Below, in pieces: positions 1-13,741 of a DNA stretch of 64,000 nt (the first letter of the stretch is position 1; each line of letters begins with the position of its first letter). Location: assembly GCA_964593585.1 (NCBI GenBank), contig CAZQIZ010000003.1, forward strand, positions 299 to 64,298, in the 5' to 3' direction. Under the pieces are notes generated by a model, which was not told the DNA's origin, ran no database searches, and saw only the letters and a program-made list of their open reading frames with translations. A program made the position numbers and the translations under genes. The DNA comes from an uncultured Ignavibacteria bacterium. GTDB taxonomy: Bacteria > Zixibacteria > MSB-5A5 > WJJR01.

Positions 1-1549
<1,549 letters not shown>

Positions 1550-1632
1550 CGTCCCTCCGCGGCCAAGTGGGCAACGTGCACCGCATAATACGCATGCCGC
1601 GCGTTGCGGTCAATCAGACCCGCCCGCCCCGA

Positions 1633-2454
1633 TCAGCGTGGCCGGAGGGCCGCGTGCACCGTCAATGCCTGACGGGTAGCGGCCACATCATGAACGCGCA
1701 CAATCGCCGCACCGGCATCCACGGCGGCCAGCGCGGCCGCCAGCGAGCCGGGCAGGCGGTTGCCCACCGCAGCACCGGTCAGATGGCCGATGAACGACTT
1801 GCGCGAGGCCCCGATCAGCACCGGATAACCCAAAAAAGTCAGACGTGGAAGGTGTCGCAAAAGGGCCAGGTTGTGTTCGAGCGTCTTGCCGAAACCGATG
1901 CCCGGATCCAGGATGATCCTGTCGCGCGCGATTCCGTTCGCTTCGGCCGCGCGCGCCCGCTCGGCGAGGAAGCTGCAGACCTCTTCGACCACGTCATCAT
2001 AGCGGGGGGCACTCTGCATGTCGCGCGGTGTGCCGAGCATGTGCATGAGCACAATCGGGCAGCCGCGGCGCGCGGCGAGGACGGCCGTCGCCGGATCATC
2101 ACGCAACGCCGAGATGTCGTTGATCCAATTTGCGCCGGCGTCGAGCGCCGCTTCCGCGGCCTGCGCACGGGTGGTATCGATGGAGATCGGTCCGTCCCAG
2201 AAACGACGAATCGCCCGGATCACGGGCACAACACGTTCGATTTGCGCCTCCGTGGGCACCGGGTGCGCGCCGGGGCGGGTCGATTCCCCACCGATATCGA
2301 TGATGTCGGCGCCCTCCTCGGTCATCCGCCGCGCCTGTTCAATCGCATGGACGGGGTCGATATACTGGCCACCATCGGAGAACGAGTCGGGGGTGACATT
2401 CAAAATCCCCATGATCCACGGGGACGGACCGGCGGGCCAGTGGGAGTCGGGCAT
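1633..2454 (-). CDS. folP: dihydropteroate synthase
   Basis: ORF 1633..2454. ILNVTPDSFSDGG start, pterin-binding DIIDIGGESTRPGA, typical FolP length (273 aa). Confidence 0.92.
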   Translation of the reverse strand: MPDSHWPAGPSPWIMGILNVTPDSFSDGGQYIDPVHAIEQARRMTEEGADIIDIGGESTRPGAHPVPTEAQIERVVPVIRAIRRFWDGPISIDTTRAQAAEAALDAGANWINDISALRDDPATAVLAARRGCPIVLMHMLGTPRDMQSAPRYDDVVEEVCSFLAERARAAEANGIARDRIILDPGIGFGKTLEHNLALLRHLPRLTFLGYPVLIGASRKSFIGHLTGAAVGNRLPGSLAAALAAVDAGAAIVRVHDVAATRQALTVHAALRPR

Positions 2455-2462
2455 GGGCGCCT

Positions 2463-2493
2463 CAACGAAAAGGGGCGCGGTGTTCCGCGCCCC
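2463..2493 (-). terminator. intrinsic terminator downstream of ftsH (10-bp GC stem, minus-strand TTTTCGTT tail)
   Basis: Plus strand ...CGAAAAGGGGCGCGGTGTTCCGCGCCCCTCAAGG. On the minus strand this reads GAGGGGCGCGG-AACA-CCGCGCCCCT followed by TTTTCGTTGAGG, immediately after the ftsH stop (2525) and before the folP start (2454). Confidence 0.6.
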
Positions 2494-2524
2494 TCAAGGA
2501 ATGACATTCCGAACGGAGAATCAA

Positions 2525-4562
<2,038 letters not shown>

Positions 4563-4570
<8 letters not shown>

Positions 4571-5150
4571 GCGAATCAGTCTCCTCTGTTTGGGTCGGGT
4601 TCAATCGCCCGATGTACGGCAGGTGGCGGTACCGTTCCGCCAAGTCCAGCCCGTAGCCGACCACGAACCCACCATCGATCTTAAACCCCACATACTCTAT
4701 CGGCAGTTCCGGGTCCTCGGCCGCCCGTTTGTCCAACAGGGCCACGCAGGCCAAGCGCCGGGGCTGCCGGGTCATCAGGAGCCGGCGAATATGGGACAAT
4801 GTGGCTCCGGTGTCCACAATGTCTTCTACAATGATGACGCTCCGTCCGGTGATGTTCACCGTCAAATCTTTCAACAACTTGGGGGCACCGGAGGCGGCCG
4901 TCCCCGCCCCGTAGGCGGCCACCGCCATAAAGTCAATGTGGTGCGGAATATGCATCGCCCGGCACAGATCGGCCACGAAGATGAAACTGCCCTTGAGCAT
5001 CCCGATCAGAATCGGGGTCTCATCGACGAAATCGCGGTCGATCTCGCGCGCCAATTCCCCGACCCGCCGATGGATCTGATCGGCGGACAGCAAAACTTCC
5101 ATCGCAGGCACCGTCCGTTCAGGCTCTATCGTCAAGACTTCTTCTTCCAT
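4563..5150 (-). CDS. hpt: hypoxanthine-guanine phosphoribosyltransferase
   Basis: ORF 4563..5150. PRTase motif [22 protein letters not shown] 4-5 nt before the ATG at 5150. Conserved tilS-hpt-ftsH order. Confidence 0.9.
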
Positions 5151-6538
5151 GATCCCTCCACCACACGGGCCTCCAAGACCCGTCGTGTCCGGCTGGTCAG
5201 GCGCACCCGCTCGGCGATCGGAAGCCCGACCGGCCAGACGATGCCCTGATCGTCCACCACCACTGGAACGAAAGGACGTTCAAATGACGGCACCTTACGG
5301 TCCGCCAACAATTCCGAGAGCGCTTTGGTTCCGGTCAAACCGAGGGGACGGTAACGGTCCCCGGGGCGGGGCCAGCGGATCGTGATGGCGCCGGCCAGAC
5401 GGTCGAGGTCGAAGCGGGCCAGACGACGGTCATCGGCGCGACGTTGCGCGGGCGGCTCCACCACCCGGGTCCGCAACGACGGCACAGGCGGCCGTAGGCG
5501 GGCCGAACGGCGCGCGACATGCAGCGCCCCCTGCGACCACGTCATGATCAATTGACCCTGTTCGAGACTCACGGTCCCCGCCTGCTTGTGCCGTCGCCGG
5601 AGTTCGGCGAACCGCGTCACGGTCGCCGTCGTGGGCACAAGGGCCAATCCCATCCGTTTGATCAAATCGCGCAGAACATACGGGTCGAACGCCTCATCAT
5701 ACCGCGCCAGCTTCCCGGCATCAAGCGCCAACATCCCAGTCCGGGAAGGGCGCAGAGACCGCTCGACGATCCGTGCCGCGCGCGTCTCGAGGTAGACACG
5801 CTGGCGCCAGAGCTGTTCGCCCAACCGCGCCAGTCCTTCGACAATGGCGGGGTTTTCCGCCGCCAGCACAGGCAGGATCCGCGCGCGGATCCGGTTGCGC
5901 TGGTACTTGGCCGCAGCATTCGAGGAATCCTCCCGGTAGGACAAACCGGCAGCGGCAAGGTAGGCGAGGATGGCTTGACGTGAGACATCATACAAAGGCC
6001 GGATGATCCGTCCTCTCACCGGTGGAATGCCCGAGAGCGCAAATGTGCCGCCGCCATCCGCAATCGCCGCAGCGACCGTCTCGGCGCGGTCGTCACGTTG
6101 ATGCGCGACCGCGATATGGCCATAGCCAAAGCGCGTCGCCAGCGAATCGAAAAACCGGTAACGCGCCTCGCGGGCCCACATCTGAACATTTGCGCCTTTG
6201 GGGCACGCAGAGGGACGAAGGCGGCGAAGGTGGAATTTCAATCCCCAGCGCCGCGCCAACGCGCGGACAAACACCTCATCCGCCTGCGATTCCCGGCCGC
6301 GCAGTCCGTGATTGACATGCGCCACCGCGACATGCCAGCGATAAGCGGGCGCCAGGTCAAGCAGCGCCCGCAGCATCGCCACCGAGTCGGGCCCGCCGGA
6401 GACCGCGGCCAGAATCCGACCGCCGCGCCGCGGACAACCGAAGCGCGCAAAATACGCGGTCACCGCGGCAAGGACATCATCCGCCGCGGGTCCGGCCGCG
6501 CCTGTCGGCGCGGTGTCTGGCAGGGATCGCTGGCGCAT
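5132..6538 (-). CDS. tilS: tRNA(Ile)-lysidine synthetase TilS (start ambiguous; ORF open up to 6643)
   Basis: PP-loop SGGPDSVAML ~45 aa after Met36 of ORF 5132..6643. The longer 6643 start would overlap the upstream phosphatase gene by ~90 nt, so the ATG at 6538 is preferred. Overlaps hpt by 19 nt. Confidence 0.85.
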   Translation of the reverse strand: MRQRSLPDTAPTGAAGPAADDVLAAVTAYFARFGCPRRGGRILAAVSGGPDSVAMLRALLDLAPAYRWHVAVAHVNHGLRGRESQADEVFVRALARRWGLKFHLRRLRPSACPKGANVQMWAREARYRFFDSLATRFGYGHIAVAHQRDDRAETVAAAIADGGGTFALSGIPPVRGRIIRPLYDVSRQAILAYLAAAGLSYREDSSNAAAKYQRNRIRARILPVLAAENPAIVEGLARLGEQLWRQRVYLETRAARIVERSLRPSRTGMLALDAGKLARYDEAFDPYVLRDLIKRMGLALVPTTATVTRFAELRRRHKQAGTVSLEQGQLIMTWSQGALHVARRSARLRPPVPSLRTRVVEPPAQRRADDRRLARFDLDRLAGAITIRWPRPGDRYRPLGLTGTKALSELLADRKVPSFERPFVPVVVDDQGIVWPVGLPIAERVRLTSRTRRVLEARVVEGSWKKKS

Positions 6539-6551
6539 TGGCTGCGGCCGT

Positions 6552-8354
6552 CTATTGAACACGCACGGCGAGCATGGTGATGTCGTCGCGCGACTGCTCC
6601 GGATCGGCAAAGTCGTCGACCGCCTGACGGACCGTGGCGACAATCTCCTCCGCGGAACGTCCGTGGTTGGCCCGCACGACGTCGATCAGACGGTTCATTT
6701 CAAACATGGTGCCGTCGAATCCCACGACATCGGTCACGCCGTCGGTGTACAGGAAAATCAAATCGCCCGGCAATAGGCCGATGGCGCGCTCCTCAAAGAC
6801 CGAATCCTCGAACAGCCCCAGCGCCGTGCCCCCCTCCTTAAGCATGAGGATCGAGCCGTCGGCGCGGCAGAGGATGCCGGGGTTGTGACCGGCGTTGGAG
6901 AAGGTGAAGATGCGATTGCGCACATCCAGGACGCCGTAAATCGCGGTGACAAAGCGCGAACGCTCGTTGCGCTCGCACAAAAGCCGGTTCACCTTTTGCA
7001 TGATGCTGCGCAGCGCGTAGTTGTTGCGGATTTCGGCGATGAGCGAGGCGCGGAAGGTGGCCATGATCAGCGCCGCCGGCACACCCTTGCCGGCCACATC
7101 GGCAATGGCGATCCCGATCTGCCCGTCAATGATGTCGATGAAATCGTAGTAGTCGCCCCCCACTTCCGCCGATGGAATGTTCAGTCCGGCGATGTCGAAG
7201 CCCGGGATGCGGGGGTTGTCGTCGGGCAGGAAGGTCTGCTGGATGTTCTTGGCGACTTCCAGTTCGCCCTTGATGCGGCGCTGCTCGACAACGCTGGCGT
7301 GGTCGCGGGCCCGTCCGATCGCCATCCCGGCGTGCTGAGCGAAGACCGTGACCAGATCGAGATCGGCCTCGTAGAAACCATTGGGGATGTCACGTTCGAG
7401 ATTGAAGACACCCACCAATCGATCGCCGGCGAAGATCGGAACGACCATCTCCGAGCGCGTCTGCTCGCGGGCCTTCTGGTAGCGCTCGTCCTGGGTGACA
7501 TCGCGCACAATGAGCGGCTGGCCATTGACCGCAACCCAGCCCACCAGTCCCTGGCGCGCCTTGCTTTCCAGCGGCGACGATTCCGGTTTGGCAGGCGCTT
7601 CGACCCCATAGCCGCGGGCAACGATCTGCTCGACCTTACCGTCGGCGCCCACCAGGAAAATACCGCCGGCGTCATATGGAAGCACACGGTTGAGCGAATC
7701 CATGATCGTCTCGAGGACCTCATCCAGATCCAGCGAGCTGGACAGGATCCGGCTGGCCTCCAGCAGACTCTTGTTTTCCAGCGACTGACGTTCGGCCCGG
7801 CGATAGAGCAGAGCGTTCTCCAATGCCACCGCGGCCTGCTCGGCCAGCGGCTGCATGAGCGCGTCAATCTTGGCGCCAGAGTTGGTCTCGTTGACCAGCA
7901 CGGCAATCGCGCCAAGGACATGATCGCGGTGAATGAGCGGGACCCAGCGCTCAACGCGGACTTGCTCACCGGCCGCCGCCTTGATCGCCGCGTCGATGTC
8001 GGCCAACGGCGTGGCGAAGGGCTGCGGATCGGTGCCGCGCGCCTCCAGCCAGCCGATCAGTTCGCCGCCGACGCCGACCGGCAGATCGTGCGGACCATCG
8101 GTGGTCCGCGTCCAAATCTTGAAGATGACGGGATGGTGGGTGCGGGGCCGATGCAACAGGAGCACCGCTCCCTCCGAGCCGGTCAGTGTCGCCAGCAGTT
8201 CGGTGACGATCGAATACAGTTCATCCAAACGCAGGGTGCCATGCATCATGCGCGCCGCCACAATCAGCGCTTCGGCCTCCGACTTGGGGACAAAGCCGTG
8301 GCGACGGCCTGATTTTGGCGCAGTTTTACCCTTTGGGCGCGTTGAGGCATCCAT
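6552..8354 (-). CDS. GAF-GAF-PP2C (SpoIIE/RsbU-type) serine phosphatase
   Basis: ORF 6552..8354, 600 aa. Two GAF-like regions, then a PP2C/SpoIIE domain (GGDYYDF, IADVAGKGVPAAL, FLYTDGVTD, DDITMLAVRV). Confidence 0.85.
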   Translation of the reverse strand: MDASTRPKGKTAPKSGRRHGFVPKSEAEALIVAARMMHGTLRLDELYSIVTELLATLTGSEGAVLLLHRPRTHHPVIFKIWTRTTDGPHDLPVGVGGELIGWLEARGTDPQPFATPLADIDAAIKAAAGEQVRVERWVPLIHRDHVLGAIAVLVNETNSGAKIDALMQPLAEQAAVALENALLYRRAERQSLENKSLLEASRILSSSLDLDEVLETIMDSLNRVLPYDAGGIFLVGADGKVEQIVARGYGVEAPAKPESSPLESKARQGLVGWVAVNGQPLIVRDVTQDERYQKAREQTRSEMVVPIFAGDRLVGVFNLERDIPNGFYEADLDLVTVFAQHAGMAIGRARDHASVVEQRRIKGELEVAKNIQQTFLPDDNPRIPGFDIAGLNIPSAEVGGDYYDFIDIIDGQIGIAIADVAGKGVPAALIMATFRASLIAEIRNNYALRSIMQKVNRLLCERNERSRFVTAIYGVLDVRNRIFTFSNAGHNPGILCRADGSILMLKEGGTALGLFEDSVFEERAIGLLPGDLIFLYTDGVTDVVGFDGTMFEMNRLIDVVRANHGRSAEEIVATVRQAVDDFADPEQSRDDITMLAVRVQ

Positions 8355-8456
8355 CCTGCATCATCCCTGGAGGAGACCAGGTCCAGATTGTACCCGTCTC
8401 ACAGCCAAACATACGAGTTTGCCCGCATTTTGTGCAGAAAAACTCCATCAGCGAAC

Positions 8457-9341
8457 TCATTGATCCAGCGGGGTTTGCTCGGCACTCAGCGGGCCGGTCG
8501 GTTGTTTGCTGGCGGCGGTATGGCGAGTGTGCCAGTGCAATTGCATGACCGCGTAGATGAGAATCAGCCCGGCCGGCGCCGTCACATACCAAGGCAGGAA
8601 CTCCGGCGGTTTCTCCCAATCCTCGGGACGTTGCAGTGAGAAGATCACCAGCGCGGTCGCATTATTGGCGACATGCGCCGCGATCGACGGGTACACTGAT
8701 CCGGTCCGTTCGCGCAGGTAACCCAGCAGCGCGCCGAAGGTCCACAGGCCGACGAAATTCCATGGGTTCAGATGCAGCAGCGCAAACAGCGCGCCACCCC
8801 AGAGGATTGCAGCGTTCTGACCGAACGATCGGCGCAGACCGGTCTGAATCAATCCGCGGAATGCCACTTCCTCGCAGATCCCCGGCACCACCGCCGCAGT
8901 CAGCAGAAGCATCACCAGTTCTATGGGCGAGCCGGCGGCGAGATTCTGACGGTAGAAATCGAAATGCTCCTGCGGAATCGGCCAGATCCGATCGAGCAGG
9001 ACCGGAACATTGCTTTGCACGACGGCAAATGATCCCACGGCGATCATGCACCACAGCCAGAATCCCGCCCCCACATCAGGCGCCCTCGTCCAAGTGCGCC
9101 AGCCGGTGTCAAACAGCGGCCGCAGCACCAGCGGGATCAGCACAAAGGCGGCCACTTCGGAAACGATGATCGACGTGTAAAACCCACCCGTGCCCGCCAG
9201 TGCCGGCGCCGCCACAAAGGAGATGAGCGCGGCGGCGACAAAGTAGATGAGCGCCATCCCCCCATCCCAACGGCGCTGCGGCGAAGGTGGGAGTGTGGGT
9301 GACGGTTCGGGCGTCGTCGGCGGCGGAAGCTGGGTGTCCAT
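8457..9341 (-). CDS. CPBP family intramembrane glutamic endopeptidase (CAAX protease/Abi-like)
   Basis: ORF 8457..9341. Polytopic membrane protein with the conserved EEVAFRG and ALLHLNP (FxxxH) motifs. Pro-rich N-terminus, so the true start may be internal (MALIYF). Confidence 0.8.
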   Translation of the reverse strand: MDTQLPPPTTPEPSPTLPPSPQRRWDGGMALIYFVAAALISFVAAPALAGTGGFYTSIIVSEVAAFVLIPLVLRPLFDTGWRTWTRAPDVGAGFWLWCMIAVGSFAVVQSNVPVLLDRIWPIPQEHFDFYRQNLAAGSPIELVMLLLTAAVVPGICEEVAFRGLIQTGLRRSFGQNAAILWGGALFALLHLNPWNFVGLWTFGALLGYLRERTGSVYPSIAAHVANNATALVIFSLQRPEDWEKPPEFLPWYVTAPAGLILIYAVMQLHWHTRHTAASKQPTGPLSAEQTPLDQ

Positions 9342-9718
9342 GGTCAGGTGTCAGTCCGCGGAGAATGTAAGCAGCCACGCCAGATTGCGCCTCCTCCGAC
9401 TGCAAAAGGAGGGAGCCCCGGGCTGAGGGCGGCAACCCGGGGCGGAGAGGAATTGCATGGGTCTGGGGGTTCGTAGGGACGTTCTAACTCGGGTCTCCTC
9501 TTGGTTCCGGCCTCCTTTGGCTGCGGACGGGGCGGGTCTCCACTACCGATTGATTGCCGCGTCCGTGTGACTGGCCAAATCGCAAATGCGTCGCCCACGG
9601 ACAGATTTTCTTGCGGTGTGCACACAAGAGGTTGACGGATCAGTGGATACCGAGGTGCTCGAATTTCGCACAGGCGATTACTTCTCGCACACAGCGGCGT
9701 GGAACCGACAAAAACAGT

Positions 9719-9760
9719 GGGGAAAAAACAACAGACTGTGGCGGGGATCGCCACAGTCTG
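9719..9760 (-). terminator. intrinsic terminator after the CoA-transferase gene
   Basis: Perfect 12-bp inverted repeat CAGACTGTGGCG-GGGAT-CGCCACAGTCTG (9732-9760). On the minus strand it is followed by TTGTTTTTTCCCC (plus 9719-9731), 20 nt past the stop at 9780. Confidence 0.8.
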
Positions 9761-9779
9761 ATGAACTCGCAAAACGGTC

Positions 9780-11075
9780 TTAAAGCAGTTTGCGTTCGCG
9801 CGCCTGCCGCGTCAGTTCGTCGCGGAATTGCGGATCGGCGATGCCGATCAGCGCCTTGGCGCGTTCGCGGAGGTTCTTCCCGAACAGGTGCGCGACACCG
9901 TGTTCGGTCACGACATAATGCACGTCGGCCCGGGTGGTCACCACGCCGGCGCCATGCTTGAGCATCGGCACGATGCGCGACTCCCGGCCGCTGCGCGCCG
10001 TGGACGGCAGCGCGATGATCGGCATGCCGCCCCGCGAGCGCGCCGCGCCGCGGATGAAGTCCACTTGGCCGCCAAAACCCGAATAAATCTTCGGTCCGAT
10101 GGAGTCGGCGCAGACCTGCCCCGAGAGATCGACCTCGATCGCCGAGTTGATGCCGATGATGTTGTCGTTCTGGCCGATGACAAACGGATCATTGACATGG
10201 TCAACCGGGTGCGCTTCGACCATCGGGTTATTGTCCAGGAAGTTGTAGAGGTCCCGGGTGCCCAGGGCGAACGTGATGACCACTTTGCCGGGGTGCAGGG
10301 TCTTGCGGTAGCCGGTCACAATGCCACGCTCAATCGCGTGCATCGCGCCGTCGGAGAGCATCTCCGTGTGAATGCCCAGGTCCTTGAGCCCGTCCATCAT
10401 GCTCCAGACCGCGTCGGGAATGCCGCCGATCCCCATCTGGATGGTGGCGCCGTCGGTCAGCATGCCACGAATGTGCTCACCGATGCGGCGCTCCACGTCG
10501 CTGATCGGCCGCGGCTTGAGCTCGGGCAGCGGCTGGTTGTGCTCGACAATATGGGCCACACGGCTGACGTGGATGAAGGAATCGCCGAGCACGCGCGGCA
10601 TCTGCTCGTTGACCTGCACGATGACCTTCTTGGCCATGGTACAGGCAGCGTTGGCGTTCATCACCTCCACGCCGTAACTCATGAATCCATGGTCGTCCGG
10701 CGGCGAGACCATTACCATCGCCACGTCCAGCGGCACGATCCTCTCGTAGAAAAGCCGTGGAATCTGATGCAGGAAGACCGGAATGTAATCGGCGCGTCCG
10801 GCATTGACCGCCTCGCGGTCGGCGGGGCCGACAAACAGCGAGTTGTGCCGGAAGTGTGGAGCCATTTCGGGACGGCTGAGCGGGTCTTCACCCATCAGCA
10901 GCACGTGGTACAGTTGCACACCGGTCAGCTCCGACGCGCGCGCGGCCAACGCGTCGATCAGGCCGTTCGGCGTGGCCGCGTTGCCGCCATAGTACACGTT
11001 GTCGCCGCTATTAATAATGCGGACCGCCTGCTCCGCGGTGCAGAGCTTGCGGCGATAATCCTCGACCCATTGCAT
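9780..11075 (-). CDS. acetyl-CoA hydrolase/transferase family protein (4-hydroxybutyrate/succinyl-CoA:acetate CoA-transferase-like)
   Basis: ORF 9780..11075, 431 aa. Family-typical segments throughout (N-terminal YYGGNAATP, GIGGIPDAV, GFGGQVDF). Last gene of the ferredoxin-oxidoreductase operon. Confidence 0.88.
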   Translation of the reverse strand: MQWVEDYRRKLCTAEQAVRIINSGDNVYYGGNAATPNGLIDALAARASELTGVQLYHVLLMGEDPLSRPEMAPHFRHNSLFVGPADREAVNAGRADYIPVFLHQIPRLFYERIVPLDVAMVMVSPPDDHGFMSYGVEVMNANAACTMAKKVIVQVNEQMPRVLGDSFIHVSRVAHIVEHNQPLPELKPRPISDVERRIGEHIRGMLTDGATIQMGIGGIPDAVWSMMDGLKDLGIHTEMLSDGAMHAIERGIVTGYRKTLHPGKVVITFALGTRDLYNFLDNNPMVEAHPVDHVNDPFVIGQNDNIIGINSAIEVDLSGQVCADSIGPKIYSGFGGQVDFIRGAARSRGGMPIIALPSTARSGRESRIVPMLKHGAGVVTTRADVHYVVTEHGVAHLFGKNLRERAKALIGIADPQFRDELTRQARERKLL

Positions 11076-11156
11076 TGTTCATCTCCTGGTGCCAGCGCGG
11101 GGCACCGAAGCGGAATGTCCACGGCGCGTGCGCAGCCCACGCCGATTCCGCGTCGC

Positions 11157-12266
11157 TCAGCGCTCGGACGGCGTCGCCAACTGCTCCGCCATGGCCTTGA
11201 TCACTGGGTGGACAGCCTGCCCCTCGCGCAGATAGACCCCTTCGGCAAAACGCGGCTGATCGGCCAGCACGGCGGGCAACCCGCCCTCGGCGAACCAGCG
11301 GATGTACGGAAACAGCGTGTTGGCCAGCGCAAACGACGAGGTGCGCGCCACGGCCGACGGCATGTTCGGTATGCAGCAGTGAATCACGTTGTCGACGACA
11401 AACTTCGGGTCCGACAGCGTCGTCGGACGCCCGGTCTCGCAGATGCCGCCCTGGTCGATGGAGCAATCGACGATCACCGAGCCCGGCTTCATCTGACGGA
11501 CCATCTCGCGCGTGATGACAATCGGCGGCTTGGCGCCGTGCACGCGCACCGCGCCGATCACGACATCCGCGTTCTTCAGCACGCGTTCGAGCGTGTACCG
11601 ATAGGAGAGAAACGTGATGACCCGCCGGTCGAAGAGACGGTCGGCATCGCGGAGTTTCTCCGGATCCTTGTCAAAGAGGATGACCTGGGCGCCCTTGCCC
11701 AGCGCGGCGCGGACGGCCGCCATGCCCACCGATCCGCCGCCGATGACGACCACCTGCGCCGGCGGCACGCCGGGCAACCCGGAGAGCAGAATGCCACGTC
11801 CGCCACGCTGCGTTTCCAGCAGGGTCGCGGCCAACGTCAACGCGATCGGCCCGGCGACTTCACCCATGATCTCCACGATCGGACGTTGCCCGCGGTCGTT
11901 TTCGATCCACTCGTAGGCGACGGCCGTCAGCTTCTTGTCGATCATGACGCGCAGGCTCTGCGCCGTTAGCGTCCCGAGGTGTCCGAAACTGAGCACGGTC
12001 TGCCCGGGGACGAACAGATCGACATCCTCCTGCAGGAAATGCGCGACGCCCAGCACGAGATCGGCGCGACCGACCGCCTCGGCGCGCGAGTAAACGATCT
12101 GCGCGCCGGCCTCGAGATAGTCCTTGTCGGTAAACCCCGCGGCGGCGCCGGCGTCGTGCTCGATGTGTACGGTGTGCCCTTTCTTGGTGAGCAAATGCGC
12201 GCCCGCCGGGACGACGGGCACACGGTGCTCATCATCCCGGGTCTGCCTGATGACTCCGATATTCAT
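11157..12266 (-). CDS. ald: alanine dehydrogenase
   Basis: Internal start MNIGVIRQTRDDEHRV at ATG 12266 (Met159 of the long ORF 11157..12740). The stop of the upstream gene lies 2 nt away. AlaDH/PNT N- and C-domains, NAD-binding VVIGGGSVGMAA. 369 aa. Confidence 0.9.
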   Translation of the reverse strand: MNIGVIRQTRDDEHRVPVVPAGAHLLTKKGHTVHIEHDAGAAAGFTDKDYLEAGAQIVYSRAEAVGRADLVLGVAHFLQEDVDLFVPGQTVLSFGHLGTLTAQSLRVMIDKKLTAVAYEWIENDRGQRPIVEIMGEVAGPIALTLAATLLETQRGGRGILLSGLPGVPPAQVVVIGGGSVGMAAVRAALGKGAQVILFDKDPEKLRDADRLFDRRVITFLSYRYTLERVLKNADVVIGAVRVHGAKPPIVITREMVRQMKPGSVIVDCSIDQGGICETGRPTTLSDPKFVVDNVIHCCIPNMPSAVARTSSFALANTLFPYIRWFAEGGLPAVLADQPRFAEGVYLREGQAVHPVIKAMAEQLATPSER

Positions 12267-12268
12267 GA

Positions 12269-13741
12269 TCAACTCACAGTGGCCTTGACCGACGGCTGGT
12301 GTGATGTCTCGGCGAAATGCCGGGCCTCGGCCAGTCCCGCCGCCAGGGCCTTCAGATTGGCGTCGAGAAGCTCCTTGCGGAGCGATCCAAGAAGCGATTT
12401 GAACGAGTCTTCGCCGGTGATGCCGGTCAGGCCGATGATTGTGCCCGCCGCCACGACATTGGCGACCTTGGCATTGCCCAGATCGTTGGCAATCTCGGAA
12501 AACGGCACCGGCACCGCCTTCACGTGGGCGGGCAGTTTCACATCTTTCACAAAGGAACTGTCGTAGATCACCAATCCGCCGGGCTCCACGATGTCCGCGA
12601 ACTTCTCCAGCGACGGTTGGTTCATTGCCACCAACAGGGTCGGGTTGGTTACAAACGGCGAGCCGATGCGCTCGCGCGAGACGACCACGTGGCAGTTGGC
12701 CGTGCCGCCGCGCATTTCGGGACCATAGGAGGGCAGCCACGACACAAACTTTCCTTCCCGCATCGAGGATTTGGCCAGCAGTTGGCCGAGCAGGAGGATG
12801 CCCTGTCCGCCGAATCCGGCCATCACCAGTTTGTGCGTCGGGAAGTCGGCCGGCAGATTCGCCACATGGGCCGCGTCCGATTCCTTGATGCCGATGATCT
12901 TGAGGACTTCGTCACCATCGTACACCGGCGTCGGCGGCGCCGGACGCGACGGCGCATCGGCACGGTCCTTGTAGACCGCGGGCGGAAAGACGCTGAGCAT
13001 GTTCTCGGTGATCCACTCGCGCGAATCGATCGGGTCCAGTTTCCAGCCGGTCGGGCAGGGACTGAGGACCTCGATCAACGAGAAGCCCTTGTTGGCGATC
13101 TGCAACTCCAGCGCCTTGCGGATCGCCTTGCGCGTCTTCATGATCGATTTGGAATCTTCCAGGGTGCAGCGCTCGATGTAGACCGGCGCCTGCAGCGTCG
13201 CCAACAACTCCGAGACGCGCAGCGGGTAACCCTCGTTTTCGGCGTGACGGCCATACGGCGTGGTGGTGGTCTTCATGTCGATCAGGGTGGTTGGGGCCAT
13301 CTGACCGCCGGTCATGCCGTAGATCGCGTTATTGACGAAGATGACTGTCATCGATTCGCCGCGGTTGGCCGCCTGCAGAATCTCGTTGGCGCCGATCGCC
13401 GCCAGATCGCCGTCGCCCTGGTAGGAAATGACGATCGAATGCGGCAGCGCGCGCTTGATCCCGGTGGCCACCGCCGGCGCGCGGCCATGCGCCGACTGTA
13501 CGTTGCCTACACGGAAATAGTAGTAACCAAACACCGAACAACCCACCGGGCTGACGAACACCGTCCGCTCGGCGATCCCCAGATCGTCGATCGCTTCGGC
13601 AATGAGCTTGTGCAGGTTCCCATGCCCGCAACCGGGGCAGTAATGCGTTGCCTCTTTGTCCACACCCGCCGAACGGGTGAAGAACTCGTAGAATGAGTCG
13701 GGCTTTTTGAAGACGTCTTTCACGGCACTCTCCTTGGTCAT
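12269..13741 (-). CDS. 2-oxoacid:ferredoxin oxidoreductase beta subunit (TPP-binding) fused to gamma subunit
   Basis: Starts at MTKESAV (ATG 13741, ATGA overlap with the alpha-subunit stop). Beta features HYCPGCGHG and the GDGD TPP motif. C-terminal ~185 aa gamma-type domain ([16 protein letters not shown]...[14 protein letters not shown]). Confidence 0.88.
   Translation of the reverse strand: MTKESAVKDVFKKPDSFYEFFTRSAGVDKEATHYCPGCGHGNLHKLIAEAIDDLGIAERTVFVSPVGCSVFGYYYFRVGNVQSAHGRAPAVATGIKRALPHSIVISYQGDGDLAAIGANEILQAANRGESMTVIFVNNAIYGMTGGQMAPTTLIDMKTTTTPYGRHAENEGYPLRVSELLATLQAPVYIERCTLEDSKSIMKTRKAIRKALELQIANKGFSLIEVLSPCPTGWKLDPIDSREWITENMLSVFPPAVYKDRADAPSRPAPPTPVYDGDEVLKIIGIKESDAAHVANLPADFPTHKLVMAGFGGQGILLLGQLLAKSSMREGKFVSWLPSYGPEMRGGTANCHVVVSRERIGSPFVTNPTLLVAMNQPSLEKFADIVEPGGLVIYDSSFVKDVKLPAHVKAVPVPFSEIANDLGNAKVANVVAAGTIIGLTGITGEDSFKSLLGSLRKELLDANLKALAAGLAEARHFAETSHQPSVKATVS

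Noticed and set aside
9344-9772. 142-aa minus ORF in the CPBP upstream region
   Set aside because: Pro/Arg-rich low-complexity translation with no SD and no family resemblance. Treated as a non-coding leader.
9828-11969. 713-aa plus-strand ORF
   Set aside because: Antisense to the CoA-transferase and ald genes. Low-complexity Arg/Gly/Asp-rich translation typical of high-GC shadow frames, with no domain-like motifs.
11157-12740. long 527-aa version of the ald ORF
   Set aside because: The N-terminal 158 codons overlap the upstream OFOR gene and are Gly/Arg junk. Alanine dehydrogenase homology starts at the internal ATG 12266, 2 nt after the upstream stop.
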